Positions 1 to 9,656 of a stretch of DNA of 64,000 nucleotides are shown here, piece after piece (position 1 is the first letter of the stretch; each line of letters starts with the position of its first letter). The stretch covers positions 186,001-250,000 of IMG/VR virus record IMGVR_UViG_3300008261_000001, one strand, 5' to 3'. A program made the position numbers and the translations under genes. Under the pieces are notes generated by a model. It was given only the letters and a program-made list of their open reading frames with translations, did no database searches and had not been told where the DNA came from.

Positions 1-113
1 ATGGGTGAGAGGAGGGGCATGACGAATATCGTCCCGACAGCTTTTACGCTGTGGTATCCGCCTAAGAAAAATCCAAAGAGCAAGATGGCTAGTTGTTGTT
101 CTTCGTGTGTCAT
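1..113 (-). CDS. partial hypothetical protein (runs off left edge)
   Basis: ATG at 113 with AGGAG RBS upstream; MTHEEQQLAILLFGFFLGG, frame open to window edge. Confidence 0.5.
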   Translation of the reverse strand, partial: MTHEEQQLAILLFGFFLGGYHSVKAVGTIFVMPLLSP

Positions 114-220
114 TTTATCTCCTTCTGTTGCCCACCTTATATGGTGGCTTCGAGGTTGACAATAACTTTCTTTATAGGAAAGTTGTGTAAACGATGGTAT
201 AATCCCATCGATGGTTCTAT

Positions 221-293
221 GCGACTATAGCTCAGTTGGTAGAGCATCGGTCTTACACACCGAATGTCACAGGTTCAAGCCCTGTTGGTCGCA
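221..293 (+). tRNA. tRNA-Val(TAC)
   Basis: Cloverleaf; anticodon arm TCGGT-CTTACAC-ACCGA; GGTTCAAGCCC T-arm; TGGTATAAT extended -10 at about 195. Confidence 0.95.
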
Positions 294-353
294 GTCTGAT
301 ACCCACAATCCCGTGGGTACAGAGCATACCCGCCTGGGTTGTGCGTGTTGTGG

Positions 354-408
354 TGGGGGGTGGTGGGTTTGGTCGTACCTCGTGTTCGGTCAGACCCATC
401 ACCCCCCA
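354..408. terminator. long GC-rich hairpin between convergent tRNA-Val and ORF
   Basis: TGGGGGGTGGTGGGTTTGGTCG pairs with CGGTCAGACCCATCACCCCCCA. Confidence 0.5.
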
Positions 409-734
409 TGTCCTTTTATAAGTTTATTAAGCTCTTCTATTAAGACTGAGATAAGGCTGAAGTGTAGTTGAATCGTTTCTCCTCTGATTGTAATCACAGC
501 CCTTTGGGTAGCGTGGTACAAACAGATACAATACTGCCCCTCTGCCATAACTTCCACATCGAAGTTGTTAAAGGACTTTTCACTTCGTTTTAAGCCTCTG
601 TTAAGAAAACCTTCGATATTAGCAAGTTCTCTAGGCGAAACCTTAACCTGTAGGGTCTCTGGGCTTACGCATCCGTGGTCATCAAGGTAAGCGACTTGGA
701 GGTACTCATTCTCTGTGATTCGACAAATAATCAC
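399..734 (-). CDS. hypothetical protein
   Basis: 111 aa ORF with RBS-like AAAGGGG. Confidence 0.6.
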   Translation of the reverse strand: MIICRITENEYLQVAYLDDHGCVSPETLQVKVSPRELANIEGFLNRGLKRSEKSFNNFDVEVMAEGQYCICLYHATQRAVITIRGETIQLHFSLISVLIEELNKLIKGHGG

Positions 735-808
735 TTTAGCCCCTTTGTTCTGCTGTTATAACACCCTCTCATGTTTATAGATTCAGCAGTAGGGCTACGA
801 CAGCAAAA

Positions 809-881
809 CGCTCTCTCTAGGACTTGAACCTAGAACCTATCGGTTAACAGCCGATTGCTCTGACCATTGAGCTAAGAGAGC
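809..881 (-). tRNA. tRNA-Asn(GTT)
   Basis: Reverse complement folds as cloverleaf with ATCGG-CTGTTAA-CCGAT and discriminator G. Confidence 0.95.
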
Positions 882-910
882 TTATTTATATACCAAGTAC
901 CCCTTAGCTT

Positions 911-1384
911 TTATTGGATACTTTTAAGCAGATTGGCTATTTCTTGTTGCTGATTGGATAAGTCGTATGTGGGAACACCAAATGCTTTTGCGGCTAGAAG
1001 GCACGCCCTAATATCTTCATCTTGTTCGTTGTCACAGAGGTAGATTAAGAAATCTCTACCCTCGACTAAAGCTACATGGCGTAGCCGATTGGATATTTCA
1101 ATGCCGATCATTTTCTCGATGCCCTCGTAGATATTACACCCCACATCGAGTACCGAGTCCTTAAATGGAAAGTGGTTTTCACCTTTGGGTAGGTTTACTT
1201 TATCTTCGTGGGCTGTGTTTATTATTTGCTCGGCAGACGAGTCACCCCGTGTCCAAAGGATGTACCCCTTATTGGATAAGTAGGCACCGATGCGTTCTAG
1301 GCGTTGGGACAGCTTACTTTCCAATAGGGTGTGTAAGTTGGAAACGAAGGCGTATGTTTTCATGACAGTATGATTTCCACCCAT
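911..1384 (-). CDS. SLOG/DprA-like protein, divergent (start probably 1363)
   Basis: ERIGAYLSNKGYILWTRGDSSAEQ and AAKAFGVPTYDL resemble the SLOG fold pattern. Confidence 0.5.
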   Translation of the reverse strand: MGGNHTVMKTYAFVSNLHTLLESKLSQRLERIGAYLSNKGYILWTRGDSSAEQIINTAHEDKVNLPKGENHFPFKDSVLDVGCNIYEGIEKMIGIEISNRLRHVALVEGRDFLIYLCDNEQDEDIRACLLAAKAFGVPTYDLSNQQQEIANLLKSIQ

Positions 1385-1503
1385 ATGCAGAAGCAGAGGG
1401 CCATCTCTTCACTGTAATAGCATTCCCACATGGAAGCTCCTTTTGTCAGCTTATAGATTTCTAGGTACTTGTATAGTACGCTGTTGGTTAGATCTTCGAG
1501 CAT
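1360..1503 (-). CDS. small hypothetical protein (47 aa, not in ORF track)
   Basis: ATG at 1503; TGA overlaps the ATG at 1363 (ATGA coupling). Confidence 0.35.
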   Translation of the reverse strand: MLEDLTNSVLYKYLEIYKLTKGASMWECYYSEEMALCFCIWVEIILS

Positions 1504-1559
1504 AAGATACTGCCTTGTAGACACACAAGCGGTGGTTATAAAGAGGTTAGGGTTAGCTT

Positions 1560-1916
1560 ATGAAGACCATACACAGACAAGCGATGGTAGCAGCACTATC
1601 TAATGGGGGAAAGTACCATGTGGCTTGTGTTCTCTATAGACGAGGGAAGCCAGTTTATATAGGCATCAATACGGATAAGACACACCCACGATTTAGGCGT
1701 ATAGCGGCAGATGGTACAGAGGTGTGTACGCTTCATGCTGAGATGTCAGCGTTGAGGTTTAGCCAGCCTGGAGACTCGTTGGAGGTGATGAGGTTTTTAA
1801 AGGATGGGACAAGGACGATGGCACAACCCTGTGTTCATTGTATGAACCACATAAGGCGAAGTGGGCTGAGTCGCGTGAAGTACACGACATGGGATGGTAG
1901 TTGGGGGAGCCTATAA
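1560..1916 (+). CDS. zinc-dependent cytidine/dCMP deaminase-fold protein
   Basis: HAE (LHAEMSAL) and PCxxC (QPCVHC) motifs. Confidence 0.85.
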   Translation: MKTIHRQAMVAALSNGGKYHVACVLYRRGKPVYIGINTDKTHPRFRRIAADGTEVCTLHAEMSALRFSQPGDSLEVMRFLKDGTRTMAQPCVHCMNHIRRSGLSRVKYTTWDGSWGSL

Positions 1917-1924
1917 AAATCGAA

Positions 1925-1954
1925 ACCCTAGTCTCCTATTCGGAGGACTAGGGT
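1925..1954. terminator. hairpin between convergent genes
   Basis: ACCCTAGTC...GACTAGGGT stem; T-rich tail on minus strand. Confidence 0.6.
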
Positions 1955-2010
1955 GTCCGACAGCACGACTTTTGTTATTAGGGGTCTAAAAGCGAGAGGT
2001 TGTTTAAGCC

Positions 2011-2205
2011 TTACTCGTTCTCAGTACGGGAGGAATCGAGGGAAGCCTTGCGAGCGTCCTTGATCTGATTAACTGCCTCAAGAAGAGCCTTGCGAACGCG
2101 AACGCCCGCCGCCTTGTTGCCTGCGTCAGACTTCTGTGCGTCCGCCTCAAGCTCAACAATAAGATTCTTAAGGGTAGCGATACGCTGTGACATATTAGCA
2201 CTCAT
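2011..2205 (-). CDS. histone H1-like protein, Hc1 family
   Basis: Signature GNKAAGVRVRKAL in a 64 aa basic helical protein. Confidence 0.85.
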   Translation of the reverse strand: MSANMSQRIATLKNLIVELEADAQKSDAGNKAAGVRVRKALLEAVNQIKDARKASLDSSRTENE

Positions 2206-2270
2206 AACGACTCCGTTGAGGGTCTTTGTGGTGAATGTGGTAGACCTCTCAGCTACCCTTATAATACTTG

Positions 2271-2612
2271 CTAGAACAAAGGCTCATGATTTTTTAATAA
2301 GTTCAGTACAGAATTTTTATCCTCCCCTAGTGCCATAACCTGTTCGTAAAGCACCCTGTCTTTCTTGAAGGCAAGAACCCTCATCTCCTCTATAGACGAG
2401 TAGTTCTTGGTTCTTAATAGGATAACTCCATCGTCTGTCATGTAGATGTCCTCGTCCCCCTTGATGAGCTTTTTGGTAAAAAGGATAATCCTTCCGTTCC
2501 TTTTTATCCAATCCTTAGCCTTTTGGATAGTTTCTTTGTCCTTCGAGTAGAGCCCTTTTAGGAGCGGAGGGGGTAATAGCCCTATGGGGGACACCATCCA
2601 CTCAATAGTCAT
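2271..2612 (-). CDS. hypothetical protein
   Basis: ORF 2271..2681; ATG at 2612 overlaps the upstream gene end and is the likelier start. Confidence 0.6.
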   Translation of the reverse strand: MTIEWMVSPIGLLPPPLLKGLYSKDKETIQKAKDWIKRNGRIILFTKKLIKGDEDIYMTDDGVILLRTKNYSSIEEMRVLAFKKDRVLYEQVMALGEDKNSVLNLLKNHEPLF

Positions 2613-2817
2613 AATAGTTTTTCCATTTAAATCTATCCATTTCGTTGGCGTTAACCCAGTCCACAAAACACAATCGGTCACCAGTTTTAATCTGTGAGGG
2701 GTCTACATAAACACAATTTTCCACATAAGGAAGTAGCTTCAGTTTAGGCTTTAACGCAGAGGGTACTACAACCTTGTAGCCCTCTCGGAACTTTTGAGTG
2801 ATTGTCAGTTCTATCAT
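2602..2817 (-). CDS. hypothetical protein
   Basis: 71 aa ORF with AGGAG RBS. Confidence 0.65.
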   Translation of the reverse strand: MIELTITQKFREGYKVVVPSALKPKLKLLPYVENCVYVDPSQIKTGDRLCFVDWVNANEMDRFKWKNYYDY

Positions 2818-2829
2818 ATTAGTTCTCCT

Positions 2830-3441
2830 TTACTTACCCATCTTAAATGTACCACCGACCTTAAGGGTCGGAGTAGGTGATGCCCACGGATCACTCGTAC
2901 TTACAGATTTGCCCACCCCTCCACCTATGTAGATTTCTTTAGGTGGAGGTGTATTGAAAGCCTTACTAGAACTCGAAGGTGCAGTCGTCTTAGGCTTACC
3001 TTCATCTATTGGATAAATGATGGGTGGGCTTGGTTCTGTTTTAGGTGGTGACTGAGGTGGATTTGGTGAGTCTATAAGCACCAGCTTGCTATCAGCACTT
3101 ATCCTATCAGCACTCAGCCCCATGAGTTCCTCTTTGCTTTTCCATTCAGAGCCCCACACCTCTATCCTATTTGGCTCTACGAATCCCTCAAAATTGGATA
3201 ACCCTTCCCACTGTGTACCTTGTGCATTAGGGACAATGTTGGGGTTCAGTATGAGTCTATCTACTTGTGTGGATATGCGTGATTCCCAGCTTGTAGATGC
3301 CCAACCTGCTCGACCACACTCTCTGTTTTTGCAGACCTTGCAGAAGATTTCTTGAACTTGTGTGTTGGTGATCTGAGGTTGTGCTTTTTTAGCGTCTTCG
3401 AAACACAGAGCGAACAAGTCTTTTTTCATGGGGGGTATCAC
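2830..3441 (-). CDS. hypothetical protein with Cys cluster and Pro-rich linker
   Basis: FCKVCKNREC motif; same strand and directly downstream of the polymerase. Confidence 0.7.
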   Translation of the reverse strand: MIPPMKKDLFALCFEDAKKAQPQITNTQVQEIFCKVCKNRECGRAGWASTSWESRISTQVDRLILNPNIVPNAQGTQWEGLSNFEGFVEPNRIEVWGSEWKSKEELMGLSADRISADSKLVLIDSPNPPQSPPKTEPSPPIIYPIDEGKPKTTAPSSSSKAFNTPPPKEIYIGGGVGKSVSTSDPWASPTPTLKVGGTFKMGK

Positions 3442-3467
3442 TCCAATCCCCCATGTGTAAGGGGGTG

Positions 3468-6104
3468 TTATTCTGTAAAGAGGGCGGTTATATCCCTTCC
3501 ACTATATTTAACCACAAAAGGCTTACCTGCTTGCTCTTTTATCCAATCAGCCACCATTTTGGCGGTGTGTTCAGATAAGTCTTTGACCTCATAGGTGGGC
3601 TTTGGTGGCTCTACAGGCTTAGGTGGAGGTGCAGGCTTGGGGTCTGGCTTCTTTCCACCGAAGATACGGATAAGATCCTCGCTTCCTTCCCCATTGAGTA
3701 CATCGCGTAGGTTGTCTTCGACCGTCCAATCTTTCCCTATCTCTACATCAACGGTGAGGGGTACATCCCAGTTCATGCGTTGGATAATCTTATTGCGAGT
3801 CATAAGCTCACAAAGCACAGGGACAGCTTCCGTTAACAAGTCCTTGTGTATCTCAAAGACGATTTCGTCGTGTACCGTAAGGATCATCTTAAAGCGGTCA
3901 AACCATCCATTCTTCTTGGCGGTTTTGTAGATGAGGCTCATGGCGAGCTTGGTTATATCCGCAGATGTACCTTGAACGGGTCCGTTCACAGCCTTGCGTT
4001 CGTCTTTAGAGCGGTTGCGGAAGTCTTTATCCTTTATGGAGGGCAAGGGCTGAACACGCCCCATAGCGGTCTTTACATATCCATTTTTCTTACCGAACTG
4101 ATGTTGGTGATCCCACCATGCGGTGAGTACATCGTAAGCCTTAGTGAAGAGCTTGTACTTTTCCTCGCCCTCTTCAGCCGTACAACCGATAGTGCGTTGA
4201 ACAGCTTTGCCCGTGCCACCATAGGATAGAGCGAAGTTGCACCCCTTTCCGTTTCCGCGTAGGGCTTTCCAATCTGGTCTGGACTTGGCAGACTCGCCAT
4301 AGAAGGCTACAGCGGTCACCGTGTGCAGATCACCGATCTTATCCGAGCCACAGACGCAGGTAGGAGGTGGTGCTTTACGGAAGCCCTGTTCGTCCATTTC
4401 TCTAGGGTACTGAGCCCCACACTCAGAACACTCGAAGAACGCCTTTATCCATTTAGGCTCACCCGATAGGTTGGTGACGAGGCGTAGCTCAACACCTGAA
4501 TAGTCTATCGCCACAAGATACCAATCTGGGTGCCTTACACCTATACACTTGCGTAGGTTAGAGATACACTCTGGCTTTGTTGGGTCGTATGTGGCGGGTA
4601 TGCCTTGAAATGGCACACGACACCCTCCGTCTTTGGTCTTTTTAGGGTCTGAAGTCGTCTTGCATGAGAAACGCCCTGTGTCAGCCGCGAACTGATCAAA
4701 CTTGGGCATGAGCGTTCCATCTTCAGCGACATCCTCAACAAAGGGAATAAGGTACTGACCGAGGGACTTTCCAAGCATACGGAAGCGTTTGACCTTTTCC
4801 ATAAATGGAAAAGTCTCGCTCGCCTTCTTAATGACCTCGTCTAGAACATCTGCCGATGTTGCGACTTGTCCAGATTTCTCTGTGGCGATGAGGTTGGGTA
4901 CGCCCAGCTCTCTGAATAATAAACCAAGCTGTTGAGGGCTCAACAAGTCGTACACAAGGGGGAAGTCCACATCTTCCATACCTCTACCCTCTTCCTCGCT
5001 GTACATCTCAATCTCTCCATCTTCATTTGTTTTAAAAGATGCAGTACTGAGCTTAGTGACGGATTTGGATAGTGACCCCTTAATGTCTGGGTACATACGA
5101 TCCGCTTCCTTGCGGGCTTCGTCTACACGGATTTTGTAGTTGTACCCATTTCCGACTTCCATGTGGTCAAAGCGATTAAGACCCTTTATGTCCCCCTTAA
5201 GAAGCCTAATGTAGTTTGGCATGATATCACGCCCTACGATTTCGCTCGCACCTGCATACACCTCTAAGAGAGAGTCAAACCACTCGCGTTGACCATCTTG
5301 ACAGAAGCGTAGGGCGGTCTTTTGATCCACATAGACACGATTACGATGAACCCACCGCACCGACACGAGAGTGGACTTCTCAAGAGCGTAGATGGTGTTG
5401 GTGTGGTATCCGCTGTTGGTGTACTGCTTATTGAGAACTTCAAATAAGCCGAGGGTACACATAGCGTCAGACGCTCCGTACCACTTACACGGCTCCCATG
5501 ATGGGTCTAGCTTGGAGAAGTTTTTATTCGGGCTGTCTGGCATGAGGTCATCAAGCTCAATCATCTCACGCTGTAGTAGCTCGTTGCTGAGATGCTTTAA
5601 GCCTCGTCCGCCTTTGGTGCGGGGGTCTAGCAGATACTTGAGAATATAGGTGTCGTGCCACTTACCACTATCCCAACGAGCTTCACCTAGTCCCTTATGA
5701 TATCCATTAAACTCAAGTACCTCTTGGTCGAATCCAGCGTTATGAAATATAGGCTGTGCTTCAACGGATAGGTCAAACAAACGCTCTAGAGCAGGTCCCA
5801 TGAGCCTCCACGGAACATTGTATTCAGAACCCTCTTGGTGAGCTATCGGAAAGTAATAGCCCCTGTTCTTTGTGGGGGCAAGGCACACGCCTACAACAGA
5901 CTCCCTTGTTCTGCCGTTGAACACCCTCAGATCAAGACCTGTTGTCTCAGTATCCAATCCATAGACTTTATCTGGTGCGTTGATACACTCGTTTATGGCT
6001 TGGTCTAGGTTTTCTCTAGTGCCGAGGATTAACTCACAGTCTTTCATCCACGACTTCTGCGTTATGTTCGGTCGCCTTAACGCCTCTAGCATATCCATTA
6101 ACAT
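3468..6104 (-). CDS. polA: family A DNA polymerase with 3'-5' exonuclease domain
   Basis: ExoI LDTETTG, ExoII FHNAGFD, ExoIII YGASDA; motif A DYSGVELR, motif B KGCNFALSYG, NGPVQGTSAD, motif C VHDEIV. Confidence 0.97.
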   Translation of the reverse strand: MLMDMLEALRRPNITQKSWMKDCELILGTRENLDQAINECINAPDKVYGLDTETTGLDLRVFNGRTRESVVGVCLAPTKNRGYYFPIAHQEGSEYNVPWRLMGPALERLFDLSVEAQPIFHNAGFDQEVLEFNGYHKGLGEARWDSGKWHDTYILKYLLDPRTKGGRGLKHLSNELLQREMIELDDLMPDSPNKNFSKLDPSWEPCKWYGASDAMCTLGLFEVLNKQYTNSGYHTNTIYALEKSTLVSVRWVHRNRVYVDQKTALRFCQDGQREWFDSLLEVYAGASEIVGRDIMPNYIRLLKGDIKGLNRFDHMEVGNGYNYKIRVDEARKEADRMYPDIKGSLSKSVTKLSTASFKTNEDGEIEMYSEEEGRGMEDVDFPLVYDLLSPQQLGLLFRELGVPNLIATEKSGQVATSADVLDEVIKKASETFPFMEKVKRFRMLGKSLGQYLIPFVEDVAEDGTLMPKFDQFAADTGRFSCKTTSDPKKTKDGGCRVPFQGIPATYDPTKPECISNLRKCIGVRHPDWYLVAIDYSGVELRLVTNLSGEPKWIKAFFECSECGAQYPREMDEQGFRKAPPPTCVCGSDKIGDLHTVTAVAFYGESAKSRPDWKALRGNGKGCNFALSYGGTGKAVQRTIGCTAEEGEEKYKLFTKAYDVLTAWWDHQHQFGKKNGYVKTAMGRVQPLPSIKDKDFRNRSKDERKAVNGPVQGTSADITKLAMSLIYKTAKKNGWFDRFKMILTVHDEIVFEIHKDLLTEAVPVLCELMTRNKIIQRMNWDVPLTVDVEIGKDWTVEDNLRDVLNGEGSEDLIRIFGGKKPDPKPAPPPKPVEPPKPTYEVKDLSEHTAKMVADWIKEQAGKPFVVKYSGRDITALFTE

Positions 6105-6192
6105 ATCGGTTGTCCCCCTTTCAGCAGGTATGTCCTCCGATGCCGAGTCCCTATATAAATAAACCTATAACGCCCTTGCCTCCCAACCCTCC

Positions 6193-6729
6193 TTGAAACA
6201 CCAAAAGGATGAGATAATGGATAAAACCTCTGCTCAATACTGTCTACAACTTATCGACGAGGTGGAGAGCTACCTTCGTTCGAGTACCCCCTCAGAAGAC
6301 AACTCAGAGGAACTGAGCCATCTAACCGAGGACATAGAGGGAGAGATAAACCTTCATCACCCACACAATATCGGTTTAACCTATCTTGGGCTTGTTTACT
6401 ATCTCGCCTTGTTAAAGGGACACTCACCTTATTGGATAGACGACCCTCAGGGAGTGCTTACAACAGAGCCTATTGTGGAGATGCAGTTAATCAGCCTTAC
6501 AAGAGCCGAGTGGATTGTGAAAATCTTTCCATTTACTGGGAACCTTCACATCGAGTACTTACGGCAGAAGGACTTTGATGGGGTGGTTGTCACTTTTGAG
6601 AAAGACGGCAAGATTGGAAACTTTAAGATTCCCACATATGGACTCGTAGTGGACTTCTACCCCACAGGTCTTAACACCTTTATTTTGGATGTTCCGTCAG
6701 TTCCAACCGCCACCAAAGGGGTTTCTTGA
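6193..6729 (+). CDS. hypothetical protein (start probably 6217)
   Basis: 178 aa ORF. Confidence 0.65.
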   Translation: MKHQKDEIMDKTSAQYCLQLIDEVESYLRSSTPSEDNSEELSHLTEDIEGEINLHHPHNIGLTYLGLVYYLALLKGHSPYWIDDPQGVLTTEPIVEMQLISLTRAEWIVKIFPFTGNLHIEYLRQKDFDGVVVTFEKDGKIGNFKIPTYGLVVDFYPTGLNTFILDVPSVPTATKGVS

Positions 6730-6969
6730 GCCGTAGGGGATCCTAGAGCTTGAGGGGGTAGATCTCCCTTGTACGAAATCAATACCCACGCCCTTTTTAA
6801 TGGTAAAGGTTACGCTAGGGAACTCTCGCTTTAGGCGAGATAAGTATCTCTCTCCCGTGCCTTCATAAAAGATGATTGTTCCGTCATATCTTGAGCCCTC
6901 CATAACGGAGTAAGACTCCTCAATAATGCCTTCGTCTAAGAAATCTTGTATTTGTTCTGCTAGGCTCAT
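6697..6969 (-). CDS. hypothetical protein
   Basis: 90 aa ORF. Confidence 0.55.
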   Translation of the reverse strand: MSLAEQIQDFLDEGIIEESYSVMEGSRYDGTIIFYEGTGERYLSRLKREFPSVTFTIKKGVGIDFVQGRSTPSSSRIPYGSRNPFGGGWN

Positions 6970-7017
6970 CTGATTCTGTACCTTGTGTTAGGTTGGGTTG
7001 TGGTGGTGGCTGACAAT

Positions 7018-8106
7018 TTACCACACTTGAAAAGAAAGACCTATTAACCAACTATTAGATTTATCCATACCAACTGCCCAACCGAGGTGGGGTGCTACAT
7101 TAAGGTGTTTCCCTAATACATAGGGGTGATAGGACAAAACACCTGCGAGCAGTAGACCCTTAGATGTCACAACCACTTGAGACCCCAATCTGTACTCTCC
7201 ATTGGATAGATTTAATAAGCTCGCACCGATAGAGAAGCCATACATCTGTTGTGTGTAGCTTGCACCCGCTAACAAGCTGGGTTCAAACAGCCTTAGACTT
7301 GTCTTGATGCTTGAGGGGGTGACTTTTGGGACATAGAAAAACCGAGAGTCGAGGTTTGGGTTGCCCTTTACGAGCTTATCTTCAGCTATAGTGACAAACT
7401 CCCCTTTGGCGTTCGTGTACCCCGCCATGATGTGTAGCCCTTGATTTCTAACAGCTCCTGCACCGAGGTTGGATTGGTCTTCAGCGTAATCAATAATAAC
7501 CGCTTTGAACTCTAGGCTGAGGTCGAGGTTGTATTCACCGCTCCATATGTTATCCGATGTGAAAGAAGCTAGGGGCTTTCCATAAGGCGTAGCCCAAGAG
7601 AACTCTAGGGGGTCGCATAGGTCAGGGTAAGCCACACAGCGAGAAGCGTCTTCTTTGGTCACACCTTTCCAAGAGGTAGGTGGGGGTGTTGTTTGACCAC
7701 TACCCACCCTTGCTTGTCCTTTGAGGCGGGTTTCCATAGAACTGATGCGAACGGATATCGAGTCTATCCTAGCACCTGTTTCTTGCTGAAACCGCTCTAT
7801 GCTCTCTCTTGTGTCTTTGCCTAGACCCCCGAGTATAGCTTCTACCCTATTGGATAGTTCTCGTTCTGTAAGCATGGATGATTGGACGGCATTTATTTCA
7901 TCCCTGGCTTGTGAGATGAGTCGAGCCGTTTCGGATAACTCGCCTTTGATTTGTCTTTGGATAGTTTCCGATAGGGTGTTTAGCTTATGGGCTTGATAGG
8001 CGTTTGCACCTACGCTTAGTAGGATAACCCCCACTAACCCATAGACTGCATACATAAAGAGCTTTGGGTTCATCTTGTGTGTCTCCCTCTCACTAAGAGG
8101 AGACAC
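7018..8106 (-). CDS. membrane-anchored coiled-coil protein with C-terminal beta-strand-rich (OMP-like) domain
   Basis: N-terminal hydrophobic segment, helical region, then amphipathic strands ending WLIGLSFQVW. Confidence 0.6.
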   Translation of the reverse strand: MSPLSERETHKMNPKLFMYAVYGLVGVILLSVGANAYQAHKLNTLSETIQRQIKGELSETARLISQARDEINAVQSSMLTERELSNRVEAILGGLGKDTRESIERFQQETGARIDSISVRISSMETRLKGQARVGSGQTTPPPTSWKGVTKEDASRCVAYPDLCDPLEFSWATPYGKPLASFTSDNIWSGEYNLDLSLEFKAVIIDYAEDQSNLGAGAVRNQGLHIMAGYTNAKGEFVTIAEDKLVKGNPNLDSRFFYVPKVTPSSIKTSLRLFEPSLLAGASYTQQMYGFSIGASLLNLSNGEYRLGSQVVVTSKGLLLAGVLSYHPYVLGKHLNVAPHLGWAVGMDKSNSWLIGLSFQVW

Positions 8107-8118
8107 TACTATAAACGC

Positions 8119-9582
8119 TTAAATGGTCGGTTCTACAGTCGGTTCTACAGTGGGCTTCAAAGGCATAGTCTCTAAGAGTAGCTTGGCGTAAGGGCATTTC
8201 TTCTTTTTGGCGTAGGTTTGGATAAAAGGCACATAGTCACGAGGTTTAACGAATAGACCGTGTGAGACCTCACCACTGTAAAGAAGCACATCGCCTATTG
8301 CTTTGTGGCAAGCCTTTACACAAGCAGGCTTGAATCCTAAGCCACCAGATAAGACTCTAGAGGGGGTTTTATTAAAGACACATGGCTTGGCGAGGGCTTT
8401 TGCCGCTGAACACCCACTTGCTTCGTTTCTGTTGGTGAAGTATGTGCCTGCCTCTGGGTGCTTGGTCTCTACAGCCCTTGCGATTTGCTCAACGCGATTT
8501 TCGAGTTTGCGTATAGCGGTCTCGACATCCCGCTGTACGGCTTTTGGGTAGCCAAACAGACCACCAGCCTCCTTTGCCCCTCTAATAGATGCCGTTCTGC
8601 CCATATTGGATAAGTCGTCTATGATTAGAACCTCATCCCCATAACCCTCTTCATCCCCATGATGACCATGACCATAACCTATAAACCGAGACACATCGGA
8701 TAGTGCGGCATGGGCGTGAGAAATCTTATCCTCAACCCAATCATCTAGGTCAGCGTCTTCTTCAAGGCTGTCTGTTAACATATCTAGCTGATCCTCCATT
8801 TCGTGGAGGTTTTGGATACTCATGTAAGATCCATGTTCGTGATCGTCACCGCCAGCCATGTGTTCTAGACCCATATCCAAATCGTCTATAATCTCTTCCT
8901 CTCCCGTATAACCACAAGCAAGCCTATCCTTGCGGTAGGCAGACTTGCCCATATCCTTTTTGTTTTGCTCGATACGAGACATATTCATCTCGCCAGACTT
9001 GGGGTCATAAGCCCCCTCGTACTCTAAAAACTCATCAGGTACGAGCCCCTTTTTCTTAGCGGACTCGTACTCCTTACTCCCCTTTTCACCCTCGCTATAA
9101 CGAGAGTGCTTTATGAGTTCACTCTCAATCTCCTCACCCATCATCTCAAAGCCCGTTAAATCATCCTCGATGATCTCATCACCCCAAGACTCACCACAAG
9201 CGATCAGCTCGTCCTCTACATTCCCTGGTCCTGTAAAATCTAAACCGCTGTCATAACCTGTGTTCACTTGAACCGCATTGTCCGCCATGAAGTCGTCAGC
9301 CTCAAGCTCGTCTGCCCACATCTCGTCTGCCCACATCTCAGAGGTAGGCTCCATAGTCCCCAAGAAATCTGCTGCGGACTTATCCGTTTCGACCACACCG
9401 TAGTCTCTACGGTTCATGAGGGGTTGTGTGAGGGAGGCGTGTTTGTCCGCAACCTTAGAGGCTAAGGTTTGAACCTTTGATGCTTGAATATAGCGATTAG
9501 CTAGGCTACGAGCCTGTGGGTGAACGCTTGCTTTCTTCTCGTTAAGAAATCCAGCAGTGATTCTATCAAAAATGTCTGACAT
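8119..9582 (-). CDS. acidic low-complexity putative internal head protein with xxA-S/D motifs
   Basis: KKAS, KHAS, RTAS and EMWAD repeats; long acidic tracts. Confidence 0.6.
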   Translation of the reverse strand: MSDIFDRITAGFLNEKKASVHPQARSLANRYIQASKVQTLASKVADKHASLTQPLMNRRDYGVVETDKSAADFLGTMEPTSEMWADEMWADELEADDFMADNAVQVNTGYDSGLDFTGPGNVEDELIACGESWGDEIIEDDLTGFEMMGEEIESELIKHSRYSEGEKGSKEYESAKKKGLVPDEFLEYEGAYDPKSGEMNMSRIEQNKKDMGKSAYRKDRLACGYTGEEEIIDDLDMGLEHMAGGDDHEHGSYMSIQNLHEMEDQLDMLTDSLEEDADLDDWVEDKISHAHAALSDVSRFIGYGHGHHGDEEGYGDEVLIIDDLSNMGRTASIRGAKEAGGLFGYPKAVQRDVETAIRKLENRVEQIARAVETKHPEAGTYFTNRNEASGCSAAKALAKPCVFNKTPSRVLSGGLGFKPACVKACHKAIGDVLLYSGEVSHGLFVKPRDYVPFIQTYAKKKKCPYAKLLLETMPLKPTVEPTVEPTI

Positions 9583-9656
9583 TTGTGTTCTCCATAGGTT
9601 GGTCTGATCTCATTGGATAAATCATAGAACGACTATTAAAGCAGTATAAAGGATAA

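Noticed and set aside
211-471. ORFs 211..471 and 236..421
   Set aside because: They overlap tRNA-Val and hairpins; spurious
4350-4430. Intein in the DNA polymerase
   Set aside because: Insertion is about 30 aa and lacks Hint blocks and a terminal HN
914-8224. TTATCCAA copies as DnaA boxes marking an origin
   Set aside because: They are dispersed through coding DNA rather than clustered and differ from TTATCCACA; kept as a separate finding
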